Position numbers and translations under genes: made by a program | Shown: positions 31,526 to 41,075 of the stretch, piece by piece | Numbering within the stretch: position 1 is the stretch's first letter | Layout: each line of letters starts with the position of its first letter | Notes under the pieces: generated by a model | What the model saw: only the letters and a program-made list of their open reading frames with translations | Databases searched by the model: none | Told to the model about the DNA's origin: nothing | Assembly (NCBI GenBank): GCA_050115495.1 | Contig: JASFQK010000014.1 | Location: 81,587 to 145,586 of the forward strand | Direction: 5' to 3' | Source: Phycisphaerae bacterium | GTDB taxonomy: Bacteria; Planctomycetota; Phycisphaerae; UBA1845; Fen-1342 | DNA: 64,000 nt

Positions 31526-33508
31526 CTAGCGCGAGATCAACTGCACGAACGGCCCAATATCGAAGTTATTGAGTTCACCGTCCTCGTTGATGTCGCCAAA
31601 CAGGCGGTCGCAGTCTGGGTACCGCTCGGCGTAGCCCTCCGGGTTGGTCAGGGCCAGCACGAACGGGGCAATATCGAAGTTGTCGACGGTACCGTCGCAG
31701 TTCATGTCGCCGAGGCCGGACAGCGTCGCGGCACAACTCCACTGACTGAGACTGGTCATCACCATATCCACGTTCCGCGCTTTCACGCCGAAGCAGTACG
31801 TGATTTCCGGTTGCAAGCCGCGCACCGTGAGGGTGCCCCACGCATCCAACGACTGCCAGACAGCATCCTCGTCATTGGTCCCGTGGGCGTAGCCGAACTC
31901 GTCGATCCACTGGCCTTCCATCGCCGGGTCGCCGGTGGTGTAGGCGCACTGGATGGCGAACTCGGTGTAGGCCGGGTTGCTGGCCGGATCGATCACGAGG
32001 TCCATGTTCCGGCCGCTCAAGGGGGTGAGCGTCGGGCGACCGGGGCGCATGGCCAGCGTGTTAGCCGAGGCCGGATCGCTGTAGGCCGTCTCGTTGTCCG
32101 AGCCGTCGCGCGCCTTCACCTCGTAGGTGTAGGCCGTGTTGGGCTGGAGACCGGTGTCGATGTAGCCACGGTCGGGCTGCCAGCCGCTGTCGGTGCCACC
32201 CGACCCGCCGGAGACGACGTGGAAGTAGTACTCGATGGCCGGTGAGCCGTTGTCCGAGGCCTCGACCGCACTCATGGTGATCTGCGATTCGCTGGTCGCG
32301 AACGGAAGCAGCTCGAACTCCATCGGATCGGGCGTGGGCGGCGTCACGTCGGCCGGGCCGAGCACGTTGAGGTAGAACTCGCCCGTCGCGCCGTCGTTGC
32401 CGGCGATGCGGATGTAGTACGTCTCGGCCTCATACACGTCCACCTCCAGGTAGGACTGGAGGGAGCCGGTGCCGCAGACGTCGCTGTCGTCGTTGCAGCC
32501 GAGCTCGTTGGCCGCGGTGCCCGGGCACCCGGTGTGCACGGACAGGACGGTATCCAGCGCCGAGCCGCAAGTGTCGACGATGAGCGTGCCGTCGGCCTTG
32601 GCGGTGTAGGCGTACCACACGTCCGGGGACGAGTTGGACGAGCCGCAACTGGCCGAGCCGTCATTGGTAGCGTCATTGGTATGACCGTCTTCGGTGCCAT
32701 CCTCGATATCGCGGGCGTCACTGCAGTTGTCCGCCGGTCCCGAGGGCGGGAAGGGCCAGAGCATGGTGTGCGACTGGAAGACCTCAGCGCGGTCGCTGGG
32801 TCCGCCGGTCGATTGAGGCTCCTGGGCCCAAATGATAATCTTGATGTTGTTCTGGTTGGCCCAACTGGTGCTGTCGAACGTGAACTGTCGTTCGACGGTC
32901 TGGCACTGGCCGGGGGTGAGGTAGATGTCCTGCGTCGTGGCGCCCTGCTTGAGCCCGTTGCGGTGGTAGTTGGGGCTGCTCGGCCAGTAGTCGAGCACCT
33001 GCACCATGTAGATGCGCATGCTCTTGGCCGTGCCACCGGACTCCATGCAGATGGTCGCCGTGACGTTGTACGTCGTACCGCTGATGTAATCACCGGTCGC
33101 CTCGATCAACACGTCGGTGGGGAGCACTTGGCGGCTGTGAAATTCGTTGTAGTAGAGGCTGTAAACGTGACTGCCGCTGTGCCGCACCGTGGCGTCAAAG
33201 AACGTGGTGGGGTAGCCGGTGAGGTCAACGTAGAAGTTCCACCGGGCATTACCCCAGCTCGTGCCGTAAGAGTCGTTGTAGTGGATTTGAACGAACGAGA
33301 AGGTGTTGGGATAGTTGTTGAGTAGTTGGCTTAAGACGGGACCCGCCTGAGAACAATAGCCTCAGCCGGTGTTGGTGAACTCTTCGCCCAGGACGACACG
33401 GGTAGCCCCGGAAGCCGTCATGGGCGTCGCTGCCACGAGCGCGGCGCCCAGGATCCCCCAGAGCCAGAGGCTTCTCCTTCGGTCGCTGCTACAGCCTTGC
33501 ATCTCCAT
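31526..33508 (-). CDS. Probable selenoprotein: secreted thioredoxin/Omp28-like (UxxC) - FN3 - dockerin-like protein with in-frame TGA at codon 49
   Basis: Reading through TGA 33364-33362 gives MEMQGCSSDRRRSLWLWGILGAALVAATPMTASGATRVVLGEEFTNTG-U-GYCSQAGPV..., the same 1983-nt length as the neighbour, with TGA aligned to its Cys49; SECIS-like hairpin follows. ATG33502 is an alternative start. Confidence 0.85.
33328..33361 (-). promoter_or_regulatory. Candidate bacterial SECIS element
   Basis: UGA-GGCU...AGGCGG-GUC-CCGUCU-UA-AGCC: upper stem AGGCGG/CCGUCU, lower GGCU/AGCC, GGUC starting 19 nt after UGA; absent in the Cys paralogue. Confidence 0.7.
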
Positions 33509-33599
33509 CTCCTTAAACAGTGTTTAGATGGCAGCGCCGGCGCAACAAGACATGGGGCAGACCGGCCCCACCCTGCCGAAACAGCCACCGGCGCCTTCT

Positions 33600-33634
33600 T
33601 GAGATAGCGTACTCAATCCATATGGCGGTTGCCA
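33600..33634 (-). promoter_or_regulatory. Promoter duplicated with the gene (copy 2)
   Basis: Minus strand TGGCAA, 17-nt spacer, TACGCT; same spacing as copy 1. Confidence 0.5.
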
Positions 33635-33768
33635 GACCTTTTCCCCCCCCTTACCATCCGCCCCAAACGGACCTCGCCTGTCGGCGGGGATCGTTGACGT
33701 AACATGCTCGACCGAAACGGTTTACGGCCGTCACGTGCGGACCGCTCTCTTCGCGGGTAAACGCCTGT

Positions 33769-34866
33769 ATGACGCCAGTCGCGACTGCGTCCGACGCCCC
33801 CTGCCGGCTCCTGGTCGTCGTCCCCAACTGGGTCGGTGACGTCGTGCTGGCCTCACCCACACTGGCCGCCCTCCGAGCCGGGATGCCCCGGGCGCGGATC
33901 ACCTACCTCCTGCGGCGGTACGTCGGCGAGATCGTCGATGGCTGCGGCTGGCACGACGAGTGCGTCTACTGGTCCCAGCGCGGCGGCAAACGGGAGGGCG
34001 GGTTGCTCCGCCTGGCCGGCCGGCTGCGGGCCGGGCGCTTCGATCTGGCGGTGCTGCTGACGAACTCGTTCCGGTCGGCGTTGACGGTCCGGCTCGCCGG
34101 CATCCCCCGTCGAGTCGGCTACGCCCGGGAACTGCGGGGCTGGCTGCTGACGGACCGGCTCCGTCCGCTACGACGTGACGGCGTGTTCGTGCCGGCCAGC
34201 GTGCTCCCCTACTACGCGAAGCTGGCCGAGCACGTGCGTTGCCCCGTGACCGATTACGGCCTGCGGCTGGCGGCCAGCCCCGAACAGCAGCGCCAAGGGG
34301 CGGCGCTCCTCGCCCACTACGGCCTGGACGACGGCCGGCCGTACGCCGTCGTTAACCCCGGGGCGAAGTTCGGCGCGGCCAAGTGCTGGCTGCCGGAGCG
34401 CTTCGCCGAGCTGTGCGACCGGCTGCACCGCGAGCACGATCTGCGGCCGGTCCTGGTCGGTAGCCCGGACGAGGCCCCCCTGATGCGGCAGATCGCCGAG
34501 GCGACGACCGAGCCCACCGTCTGCTGTGTTGAGCCGGGAACGACGCTCGGCTCGCTGAAGGTCGTGATCGGCGGGGCGGCCCTGCTCGTCTGCAACGACA
34601 CCGGCCCGCGGCATTACGGGCTGGCTTTCGGCGTGCCGACGGTCACGCTCTTTGGACCGACGCACCAGGAGTGGACAGACACCGGCTCTTCGGCTGAAAT
34701 CAAGCTTCAGGTGTCCGTCGACTGCGGCCCGTGCCAGTTGCCCCGCTGCCCGCTCGACCACCGCTGCATGACCCGGCTGACCACCGACATGGTCATGCAG
34801 GCCGTGGCGGAGTTGCTCGGCCGCCGGGCCTCGGTTCCGTCGCCGACGGACGTGACGACGCATTGA
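33769..34866 (+). CDS. waaF: Lipopolysaccharide heptosyltransferase II (GT9)
   Basis: PNWVGDVV, LTNSFRSA, NPGAKFGAAKCW, NDTGPRH, LFGPT. Confidence 0.88.
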   Translation: MTPVATASDAPCRLLVVVPNWVGDVVLASPTLAALRAGMPRARITYLLRRYVGEIVDGCGWHDECVYWSQRGGKREGGLLRLAGRLRAGRFDLAVLLTNSFRSALTVRLAGIPRRVGYARELRGWLLTDRLRPLRRDGVFVPASVLPYYAKLAEHVRCPVTDYGLRLAASPEQQRQGAALLAHYGLDDGRPYAVVNPGAKFGAAKCWLPERFAELCDRLHREHDLRPVLVGSPDEAPLMRQIAEATTEPTVCCVEPGTTLGSLKVVIGGAALLVCNDTGPRHYGLAFGVPTVTLFGPTHQEWTDTGSSAEIKLQVSVDCGPCQLPRCPLDHRCMTRLTTDMVMQAVAELLGRRASVPSPTDVTTH

Positions 34867-34877
34867 CTACCAGGGCC

Positions 34878-35804
34878 ATGGCCATGCCGGCAGTGGATTA
34901 CATCAGTGTCGATCCCGCCTACCGCGAGGTGCTGCACGCCGCCGGGCTGACCTCGGTGGACAGCATCCTCTCGCGGTTGGACGGCGATGTGGCCGCCTGG
35001 AGCCGCAGCACCGACACGCTGCATGTTCCCGGGCCCGCGGGCGGCCCCGGCTTCTACCTCAAACGCTACTACTACGCGACGTGGCGGAAACGCTTCCGAA
35101 CGATGCTCCGCGGCACGTTCTTCGGCGTACACCGCGGTGAGGCCGAGTATGCCGCGTTGCAGGCGATGCGGAACCTGGGCATTAACGCGGCGCGACCGGT
35201 CGCGTACGGAGCGCGGCGACTCGCCCATTTCGTCACGGCCTGCTTCCTCATCACCGAGGAAGTCCCCGGCAGCACCAACCTCACGACGTTCGCAAGTGAC
35301 GTGGCGGCCGGGCGGCGAGCGCTGACCCGCGCCGAGCGGCTGGCGATGATCGCCCGCCTCGCCCGCCAGGTCACCGAGATGCACGCCGCCGGCTTCTGCC
35401 ACGGGCAAATGTTCTGGCGGAACATCCTCGTTCGGCGGGGGCTCGACGGGCAGCCCGAGTTCTTCTTCCTCGACGCGCAGCCGCCGCCATCGTGGCGACG
35501 CGTGAGCCCCACCGCGGCGTGGTGGCACCGCGAACTGGCCAATCTCCTCATCTCCGCCCTGCCGTTCACGACGCGCACGGACCGGTTGCGTTTCCTGCGG
35601 CACTATCTCGGCGGCCGGCTCAAGCCCGAGATCAAGGCTCACGTCCACGCCATCGAGGCCTGCTCGCGGCAGTGGCACCGTCACGAGCTGCAACGCATCA
35701 AGATGAACGACCTCTTCGAACGCTGGCGGCGTCAGCTCGACCTGGAGCACACTCCCGCAGCTCAGACCGAGGTGAATGCGGCCCGCGACGGAGCGTCGCC
35801 TTGA
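34878..35804 (+). CDS. Lipopolysaccharide kinase (Kdo/WaaP/InaA family)
   Basis: YLKRY, LITEEV, MHAAGFCHGQMFWRNIL, FLD, RTDRLRFLRHY. Confidence 0.82.
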   Translation: MAMPAVDYISVDPAYREVLHAAGLTSVDSILSRLDGDVAAWSRSTDTLHVPGPAGGPGFYLKRYYYATWRKRFRTMLRGTFFGVHRGEAEYAALQAMRNLGINAARPVAYGARRLAHFVTACFLITEEVPGSTNLTTFASDVAAGRRALTRAERLAMIARLARQVTEMHAAGFCHGQMFWRNILVRRGLDGQPEFFFLDAQPPPSWRRVSPTAAWWHRELANLLISALPFTTRTDRLRFLRHYLGGRLKPEIKAHVHAIEACSRQWHRHELQRIKMNDLFERWRRQLDLEHTPAAQTEVNAARDGASP

Positions 35805-36655
35805 CCTCCGGCCAGTGGACCGCCCCCGAGTGGGAGGACCGTCTGCGCCGGGCCGGTCTGAATGCCGCCACCGATCTGCTCGACCGCGCCCCCGATCAGC
35901 TTTCTCTCGCCGGCACGTGCGAATTGTTGAGCAAGCCGGGTCTGGCCGAGCGGCAACGGTGGCGCTGGACGCTGCCCGAGGGCGATGCCGTTCTCTACAT
36001 CAAGCGGTACGGCCGCGCACCGTCTCGCATGCAGTGGGACCGCATCGTCCGGCAGAGCTCCCGGCACAGCCGCGGCTGGTGGGAACACACGCAGGGCAAA
36101 CGGCTCGCCGGGGCGTACGTGCCGGCGGCCGGCGCCGTCGCCTGCGCCGAACGCATGAACGGGCTGATCGAGCAGCGCAGCGTTGTCGTGCTGGCCGCCG
36201 TCGCCGGCGATGGTCTGGACCGTGTGTGGACGCGGCTGTCGGCGGAAGGCGCTCCACTGACACGCGGCCTGGCCCGGCACGATCTGGCCGTTCGCCTGGG
36301 ACGCTTCGTCTCGGCGTTTCATCAGACCGGGTTGTGTCACCGCGATCTGTACCTGTGCCACGTCTTCGCCGAACTCGATCCGGCCGGCACCCGCCCGCCG
36401 ACGTTCACGCTCATCGACCTGGCGCGCACATTTCAGCCACGCTTGCGGCGGACGCGCTGGCTGCTAAAGGACCTGGCACAGCTCGACTGCTCGGCCCGGC
36501 AGGTCGGCGTGTACCGCACGGATCGGCTGCGTTGCCTGCGGGCTTACCTGGGGCTGCAAACACGGGCCGCCCGGCTCCGCTGGTACGCTCGCCGGGTGCT
36601 ACGCCGAAGTGACGCCATTCTGCGGCGCATCGCGAGGAAGAGTGCATTGGCATGA
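35801..36655 (+). CDS. Lipopolysaccharide kinase (WaaP-like)
   Basis: LYIKRY, HRDLYLCH, LIDLAR, KDLAQL; TTG start overlaps the previous stop. Confidence 0.85.
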   Translation: MTSGQWTAPEWEDRLRRAGLNAATDLLDRAPDQLSLAGTCELLSKPGLAERQRWRWTLPEGDAVLYIKRYGRAPSRMQWDRIVRQSSRHSRGWWEHTQGKRLAGAYVPAAGAVACAERMNGLIEQRSVVVLAAVAGDGLDRVWTRLSAEGAPLTRGLARHDLAVRLGRFVSAFHQTGLCHRDLYLCHVFAELDPAGTRPPTFTLIDLARTFQPRLRRTRWLLKDLAQLDCSARQVGVYRTDRLRCLRAYLGLQTRAARLRWYARRVLRRSDAILRRIARKSALA

Positions 36656-37845
36656 AGGTCGCCATCGTCCAGGAGACTGTGGACGCGCGTCGCGGCGGTG
36701 CGGAGACGTCGACGCTGGAGATGGCCCGCGGACTGGCCAGCCTCGGACTCGACGTGAGCATTCTGTGCCGCGCGGCACCGCCGGATGTCGTCGATGAGCC
36801 GCGGCTGCGCGTGGTTCGGCTGCGGGCCGGCGGGCTGTCGCGGACGCTGCGGACGTTCAGCTTTCTCCGTGCCGTGCTTCGGCAGCGGCTCAGGGAGCAC
36901 TTCGATATCATCCACGCTGTCACGCCGTGCCTCGCGGCGAATGTCTATCAGCCGCGCGGCGGCACATACCATGAGACGATCGAACGCAACCTGGCCCTCA
37001 TCGACTCGGATGGGCTGCGAGCTCTGAAGCGCTTCGCCTCGCATTTCAACCTACGCCGCCGGTTCCTGCTGAACATGGAAGAGACATTACTCCGCAAGCG
37101 TCGGCACCGCGTGTTCGTCGCCGCCCTGTCGGCGTACGTCCAGCGGCAGGTGATCGAAGGTTACGGCTTCCCCGCCGAACGCACGCCGATTGTGTTCAAC
37201 GGCGTGGATATTGCGCCATTGTCGGATGAGGAGATCGGGGCAGCCTGCGTTGCTGTGCGGACGCGCCTGCACCTGGAGCCGAACACGCCGGTCGTGCTCT
37301 TCGCGGCGCACAACTTCAAGCTGAAGGGGCTCGCTGAGCTGATACGGGCGTGGTCGCTGCCGGCCGCGGGGGCGACTGCGGGCCGCCATCTCATCGTCGC
37401 CGGCCGCGATCGACAGGGCTCCTACCGCCGGCTCGCTAGCAAGCTGGGCGCGGCAGAGACGATCCACTTCGTCGGCGCCGATCTGCCAATCCGTGAGCTC
37501 TACGCTGGCGCGGATGCGCTGGCTCATCCGACTTGGTACGACCCGTGCTCGCGCGTCGTGCTCGAGGCGCTTTCGCTGGGCCTGCCGGTCGTCACGACTC
37601 GCCACAATGGGGCCGCGGAGGTCATGCAGGCGGACCATCATGGCGTCGTCGTGGAGAGTGCGGCGGACGTGCCGGCGCTGGCGGCGGCGATCGACCGCGT
37701 GCTGGATCCGGGCGTCCGGGCAGCATGTTGGGCAGACGCGGAACGCTTGCGGGAGCAGGTGTCGATGGCGCGGCACGTCCGAGAACTGCGCCAGCTCTAC
37801 ACGACCGTCGTCGCCACGGAGAGACAACGGCTTCGGGAGCGGTAA
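36652..37845 (+). CDS. Glycosyltransferase family 4 (WaaG-like)
   Basis: GGAE, FNGVD, NFKLKG, HPTWYDPCSRVVLEALSLGLPVVTT. Confidence 0.9.
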   Translation: MKVAIVQETVDARRGGAETSTLEMARGLASLGLDVSILCRAAPPDVVDEPRLRVVRLRAGGLSRTLRTFSFLRAVLRQRLREHFDIIHAVTPCLAANVYQPRGGTYHETIERNLALIDSDGLRALKRFASHFNLRRRFLLNMEETLLRKRRHRVFVAALSAYVQRQVIEGYGFPAERTPIVFNGVDIAPLSDEEIGAACVAVRTRLHLEPNTPVVLFAAHNFKLKGLAELIRAWSLPAAGATAGRHLIVAGRDRQGSYRRLASKLGAAETIHFVGADLPIRELYAGADALAHPTWYDPCSRVVLEALSLGLPVVTTRHNGAAEVMQADHHGVVVESAADVPALAAAIDRVLDPGVRAACWADAERLREQVSMARHVRELRQLYTTVVATERQRLRER

Positions 37846-38186
37846 CGAACACGTCCGTCCCGTCGTGAGCGAGGCACGTCATCCGCGTCCGGATAGCGAC
37901 CGTGCGCGGCTCGCCATTCAGGGCAAAACGCGTTGACTTGCCTGTTTCGGCCGCATAGGCTGGACGATACCTACATGTGCAAGAGAGGCATACGAGTCCT
38001 TTGGGGACGCGGTGCGCCGCCTGCGCTGGGCAGGCTTTGGCGGCCGGTGGTTTGCGGCGTGTAGGCGGCGCTGGCGGGAGAGGGACGAGCCTGCGACTGC
38101 GGAGTCGCACCAACACGAACTCGCGATCCGTGTCGTCCCAATTCCAGACACGGTTCACAGACAGGCCTTAGCGGAGGTAAAGGAAG

Positions 38187-39659
38187 ATGAGCAAGGGACT
38201 TGTGTCGATTCGCCTGCTTCTGGTCGCCGCAATCGCGGTCGGCTTGTTGGGATCACTCTCGACCTACGCTGACGGCGTGTACTTCACCGAGCTCTTCGAC
38301 GCCGCCGACAACGACCTCGACAACCTCAGCATTACCTTCACGCCCAACGGCTCGGGCGATTACTACGGCGGCTGCGTGACGCCGATCACCGCCCTGCCGA
38401 CGGATCCCGCCGGCGGGACGCCGATCACGCTCTCCGACAACGGCGCGAAGCGGATTGCGCTGGACTTCAGCCAGGCGGTCGAACTGTACAACCTCGCCTA
38501 CACCGAGTTCTACGTCGGCAGCAACGGGTACGTCACGTTCGGCGACGCAGACACCGGGTCGGTCGAGTCGCTGGCCGATCACTTCGACCTGCCGCGCATC
38601 TCGGCCCTGTTCGACGACCTCGATCCTACTCAGGGCGGCAGCGTGAGCTGGATGCAACTGGGCGATCGCGCCGTGGTCACGTTCCAGAACGTGCCCCAGC
38701 ATGACGCCGGTGACAGCAACACGTTCCAGTACGAGATGTACTACGACGGCCGCATCGTGCTGAGCTACCTGGGTGTCGATGCCGATGACGGGCTCGCCGG
38801 CCTCTCGCAGGGCTTCGGTACCCCGGGCGACTACAGCGAGACCAATCTGTCCGGCCTGGACCCCTGCCCGGACTACTTCACCGAGTGGTTCGACGCGGCG
38901 GACAACGATCTCGACAACCTCATGGTCATCTTCACGCCGGACGGTTCGTCCAACTACTACGCCGGCTGCGTAACGCCGATCCTGGCCCTGCCGACGGATC
39001 CCGTTGGCGGGACGCCGATCACGCTTTCGGACAATGGTTCGAAGCGGATCACGCTGGACTTCAGCCAGACGGTCGAGCTGTACAACCTCGGCTACACCGA
39101 GTTCTACGTCGGCAGCAACGGGTACATCACGTTCTCCGCCGGCGACAGTGAGTCGGCCGAGTCGCTGGTCAACCACTTCGATCTGCCGCGTATCTCGGCC
39201 CTCTTCGATGATCTCGATCCGGGCCAGGGCGGCAGCGTGAGCTGGATGCAACTGGCCGACCGCGCCGTGGTCACGTTCCAGAACGTGCCCCAGCACGACA
39301 TGGGTGACGCGAACACGTTCCAGTACGAGATGTACTACGACGGCCGCATTGCGCTGGCTTACCTGGGCATCGATGCTGACGACGGGCTCGCCGGCCTCTC
39401 GCAGGGCTTCGGTACGCCGGGCGACTTCGAGGAGAGCAACCTGTCTGAGATGCCAGCCTGCTACGCCATCGGCGACATGAACTGCGACGGCACGGTCAAC
39501 AACTTCGACATCGCCCCGTTCGTGATGGCGCTCAGCAACCCGACCAACTACGAAACGCAGTACCCGACGTGCGACCGCTACCTGGCGGACGTCGATGGTG
39601 ACGGGTCGGTCAACAACTTCGACATCAGCCCGTTCATCGCCCTGCTGCTCGGCAAGTAA
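38187..39659 (+). CDS. Secreted protein with two tandem ~198-aa nidogen-like domains and a C-terminal dockerin-like domain
   Basis: Signal peptide; 594-nt-period internal duplication (38280 vs 38874) with 'FYVGSNGY.TF', 'ISALFDDLDP', 'NTFQ'; GDMNCDG end. Confidence 0.8.
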   Translation: MSKGLVSIRLLLVAAIAVGLLGSLSTYADGVYFTELFDAADNDLDNLSITFTPNGSGDYYGGCVTPITALPTDPAGGTPITLSDNGAKRIALDFSQAVELYNLAYTEFYVGSNGYVTFGDADTGSVESLADHFDLPRISALFDDLDPTQGGSVSWMQLGDRAVVTFQNVPQHDAGDSNTFQYEMYYDGRIVLSYLGVDADDGLAGLSQGFGTPGDYSETNLSGLDPCPDYFTEWFDAADNDLDNLMVIFTPDGSSNYYAGCVTPILALPTDPVGGTPITLSDNGSKRITLDFSQTVELYNLGYTEFYVGSNGYITFSAGDSESAESLVNHFDLPRISALFDDLDPGQGGSVSWMQLADRAVVTFQNVPQHDMGDANTFQYEMYYDGRIALAYLGIDADDGLAGLSQGFGTPGDFEESNLSEMPACYAIGDMNCDGTVNNFDIAPFVMALSNPTNYETQYPTCDRYLADVDGDGSVNNFDISPFIALLLGK

Positions 39660-39701
39660 TCGCTGGGTCGCTCGGGTTAGCGCGAGAAACGGGACAAACC
39701 T

Positions 39702-39729
39702 CGGGGCCGTCCGGCGACGGGCGGCCCCG
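39702..39729. terminator. Hairpin between convergent genes
   Basis: CGGGGCCGTCCG-GCGA-CGGGCGGCCCCG. Confidence 0.6.
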
Positions 39730-39749
39730 CTCTCTGCGCTGAATGAGCG

Positions 39750-40442
39750 TTACGCTGCCTGTATTTGCCGGACCAGGGCGGTCAGCTCGAGCAGGTCGGC
39801 GAATTCGTGGTCGGGGGTGTGATTGCCGACGTCGTGAATGCGGTGGATGCGGTTGACCCAGCCGCTGCGCAGGCCGACGGCGCGGGCGCCGCCGACGTCG
39901 CTGTGCAGCGAATCGCCCACGTGGATCACGCGTTGCGGCCGCCAGCCGCTGCGGGCCAGGGCTTCGTGGAAGATGCGCGGGGCCGGCTTGTACGAGCGGA
40001 CGTCCTCCGACGTGATGACACCGGCGACCTCGATGCTGTGCCGCCGCAACGCCGCGTCGAGATCGGCGCGGTCCGCATTCGACACGATCCACACCGGCAG
40101 CGGGAACGTCGCCAGGAACTCAGGGACCTCGGGCTGAAGTGGCGGGTCACGCCAATACGCGGTCAGACGCGTCACGTAGTCGTCGGCGTCGACGGTGCGT
40201 TCCAGCGCGGTCATGGTTTCGCGCAGGGTGCGGACCTCCACCTCGAAGAGCGTCTCGAAGCGATCATCGTTCGACGTGTCCATCGCGTGGAAGAAACGTT
40301 CGCCCCAGATCAGGCTGAGCTCGCGAGCGCTCAGCGGCAGTGCGGTTTCGGCGATGACCTCGGCGCAGACGCTCTCCACGGCCGCCCGGTCGCCGGTCGT
40401 CAGCGTGCCGTACATGTCGAGGAACACACCGTCGAAACCCAC
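39750..40442 (-). CDS. HAD family hydrolase
   Basis: FLDMYGTL, VSNAD, YKP, HVGDSLHSDVGGA. Confidence 0.88.
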   Translation of the reverse strand: MGFDGVFLDMYGTLTTGDRAAVESVCAEVIAETALPLSARELSLIWGERFFHAMDTSNDDRFETLFEVEVRTLRETMTALERTVDADDYVTRLTAYWRDPPLQPEVPEFLATFPLPVWIVSNADRADLDAALRRHSIEVAGVITSEDVRSYKPAPRIFHEALARSGWRPQRVIHVGDSLHSDVGGARAVGLRSGWVNRIHRIHDVGNHTPDHEFADLLELTALVRQIQAA

Positions 40443-40472
40443 AGAGAACCTCCTGCCCGCGCGGTCGCTCCG

Positions 40473-41075
40473 CTATACGCCGGGGTAGCGCTGCCCCCAG
40501 CTTCCCGTGAACACGATCTCACTGAGCGGTCGGCGTTCGCGCGGCGTCTCTTCCCGCTTCCTCAACTCGTCCGGCAGCGTCGCCGCCTCGCCCATGTAGC
40601 CCAGGGCCAGCGCCGCCACGGGCTGGTGGTCGGCGGGGATGGTGTACGTCTGGCGGGCCACGTCGGCGTCGAAGCCGGCCATGGCGTGCGCGTACAGGCC
40701 GAGCGCGGTCGCCTGCACGAGCATATTCTGCGTGGCCAGGCCGACGTCGTGCCAGGCGTGCACATTGCCCTGGCCGTTGTGGGCGAACTTCATGCGGGCC
40801 ACGGAAAGGATCAGCACGGGGGCCGGCGCGGCCCACGAGCGGTTGAATTCGATCAGGCACTTTAGCAGCCGGGCGTGCTCCGCCGGTTGCTCGCGGGTGG
40901 CGACGATAAAACGCCACGGCTGGTCGTTGTAAGCCGATGGGGCCCAGCGGGCGGCTTCGAGAATGCTGGCCAGCTTCGCCGGTTCGACGGGGCGGTCGGC
41001 AAAGGCGCGGGGACTCCAACGCTTGCTCAGCAAGTCGTGGATTGGGTGGTCGGGGTGAGCGGTTTTGTCGATCAT
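40473..41075 (-). CDS. Nitroreductase family protein
   Basis: RWSPRAF, EAARWAPSAYNDQPWRF, HAMAGFD. Confidence 0.92.
   Translation of the reverse strand: MIDKTAHPDHPIHDLLSKRWSPRAFADRPVEPAKLASILEAARWAPSAYNDQPWRFIVATREQPAEHARLLKCLIEFNRSWAAPAPVLILSVARMKFAHNGQGNVHAWHDVGLATQNMLVQATALGLYAHAMAGFDADVARQTYTIPADHQPVAALALGYMGEAATLPDELRKREETPRERRPLSEIVFTGSWGQRYPGV

Noticed and set aside
33362..33364. TGA as genome-wide Trp/Gly reassignment or a plain nonsense mutation
   Set aside because: TGA is the normal stop for many intact genes here (tetR, mutM, waaF, tnpA), the aligned residue is the redox Cys, and a SECIS-like hairpin follows. A pseudogene is not formally excluded but is less parsimonious.
29305..33508. 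Diversity-generating retroelement explaining the paralogous repeats
   Set aside because: No reverse transcriptase is present; differences are spread along the full gene and are not visibly confined to adenines.
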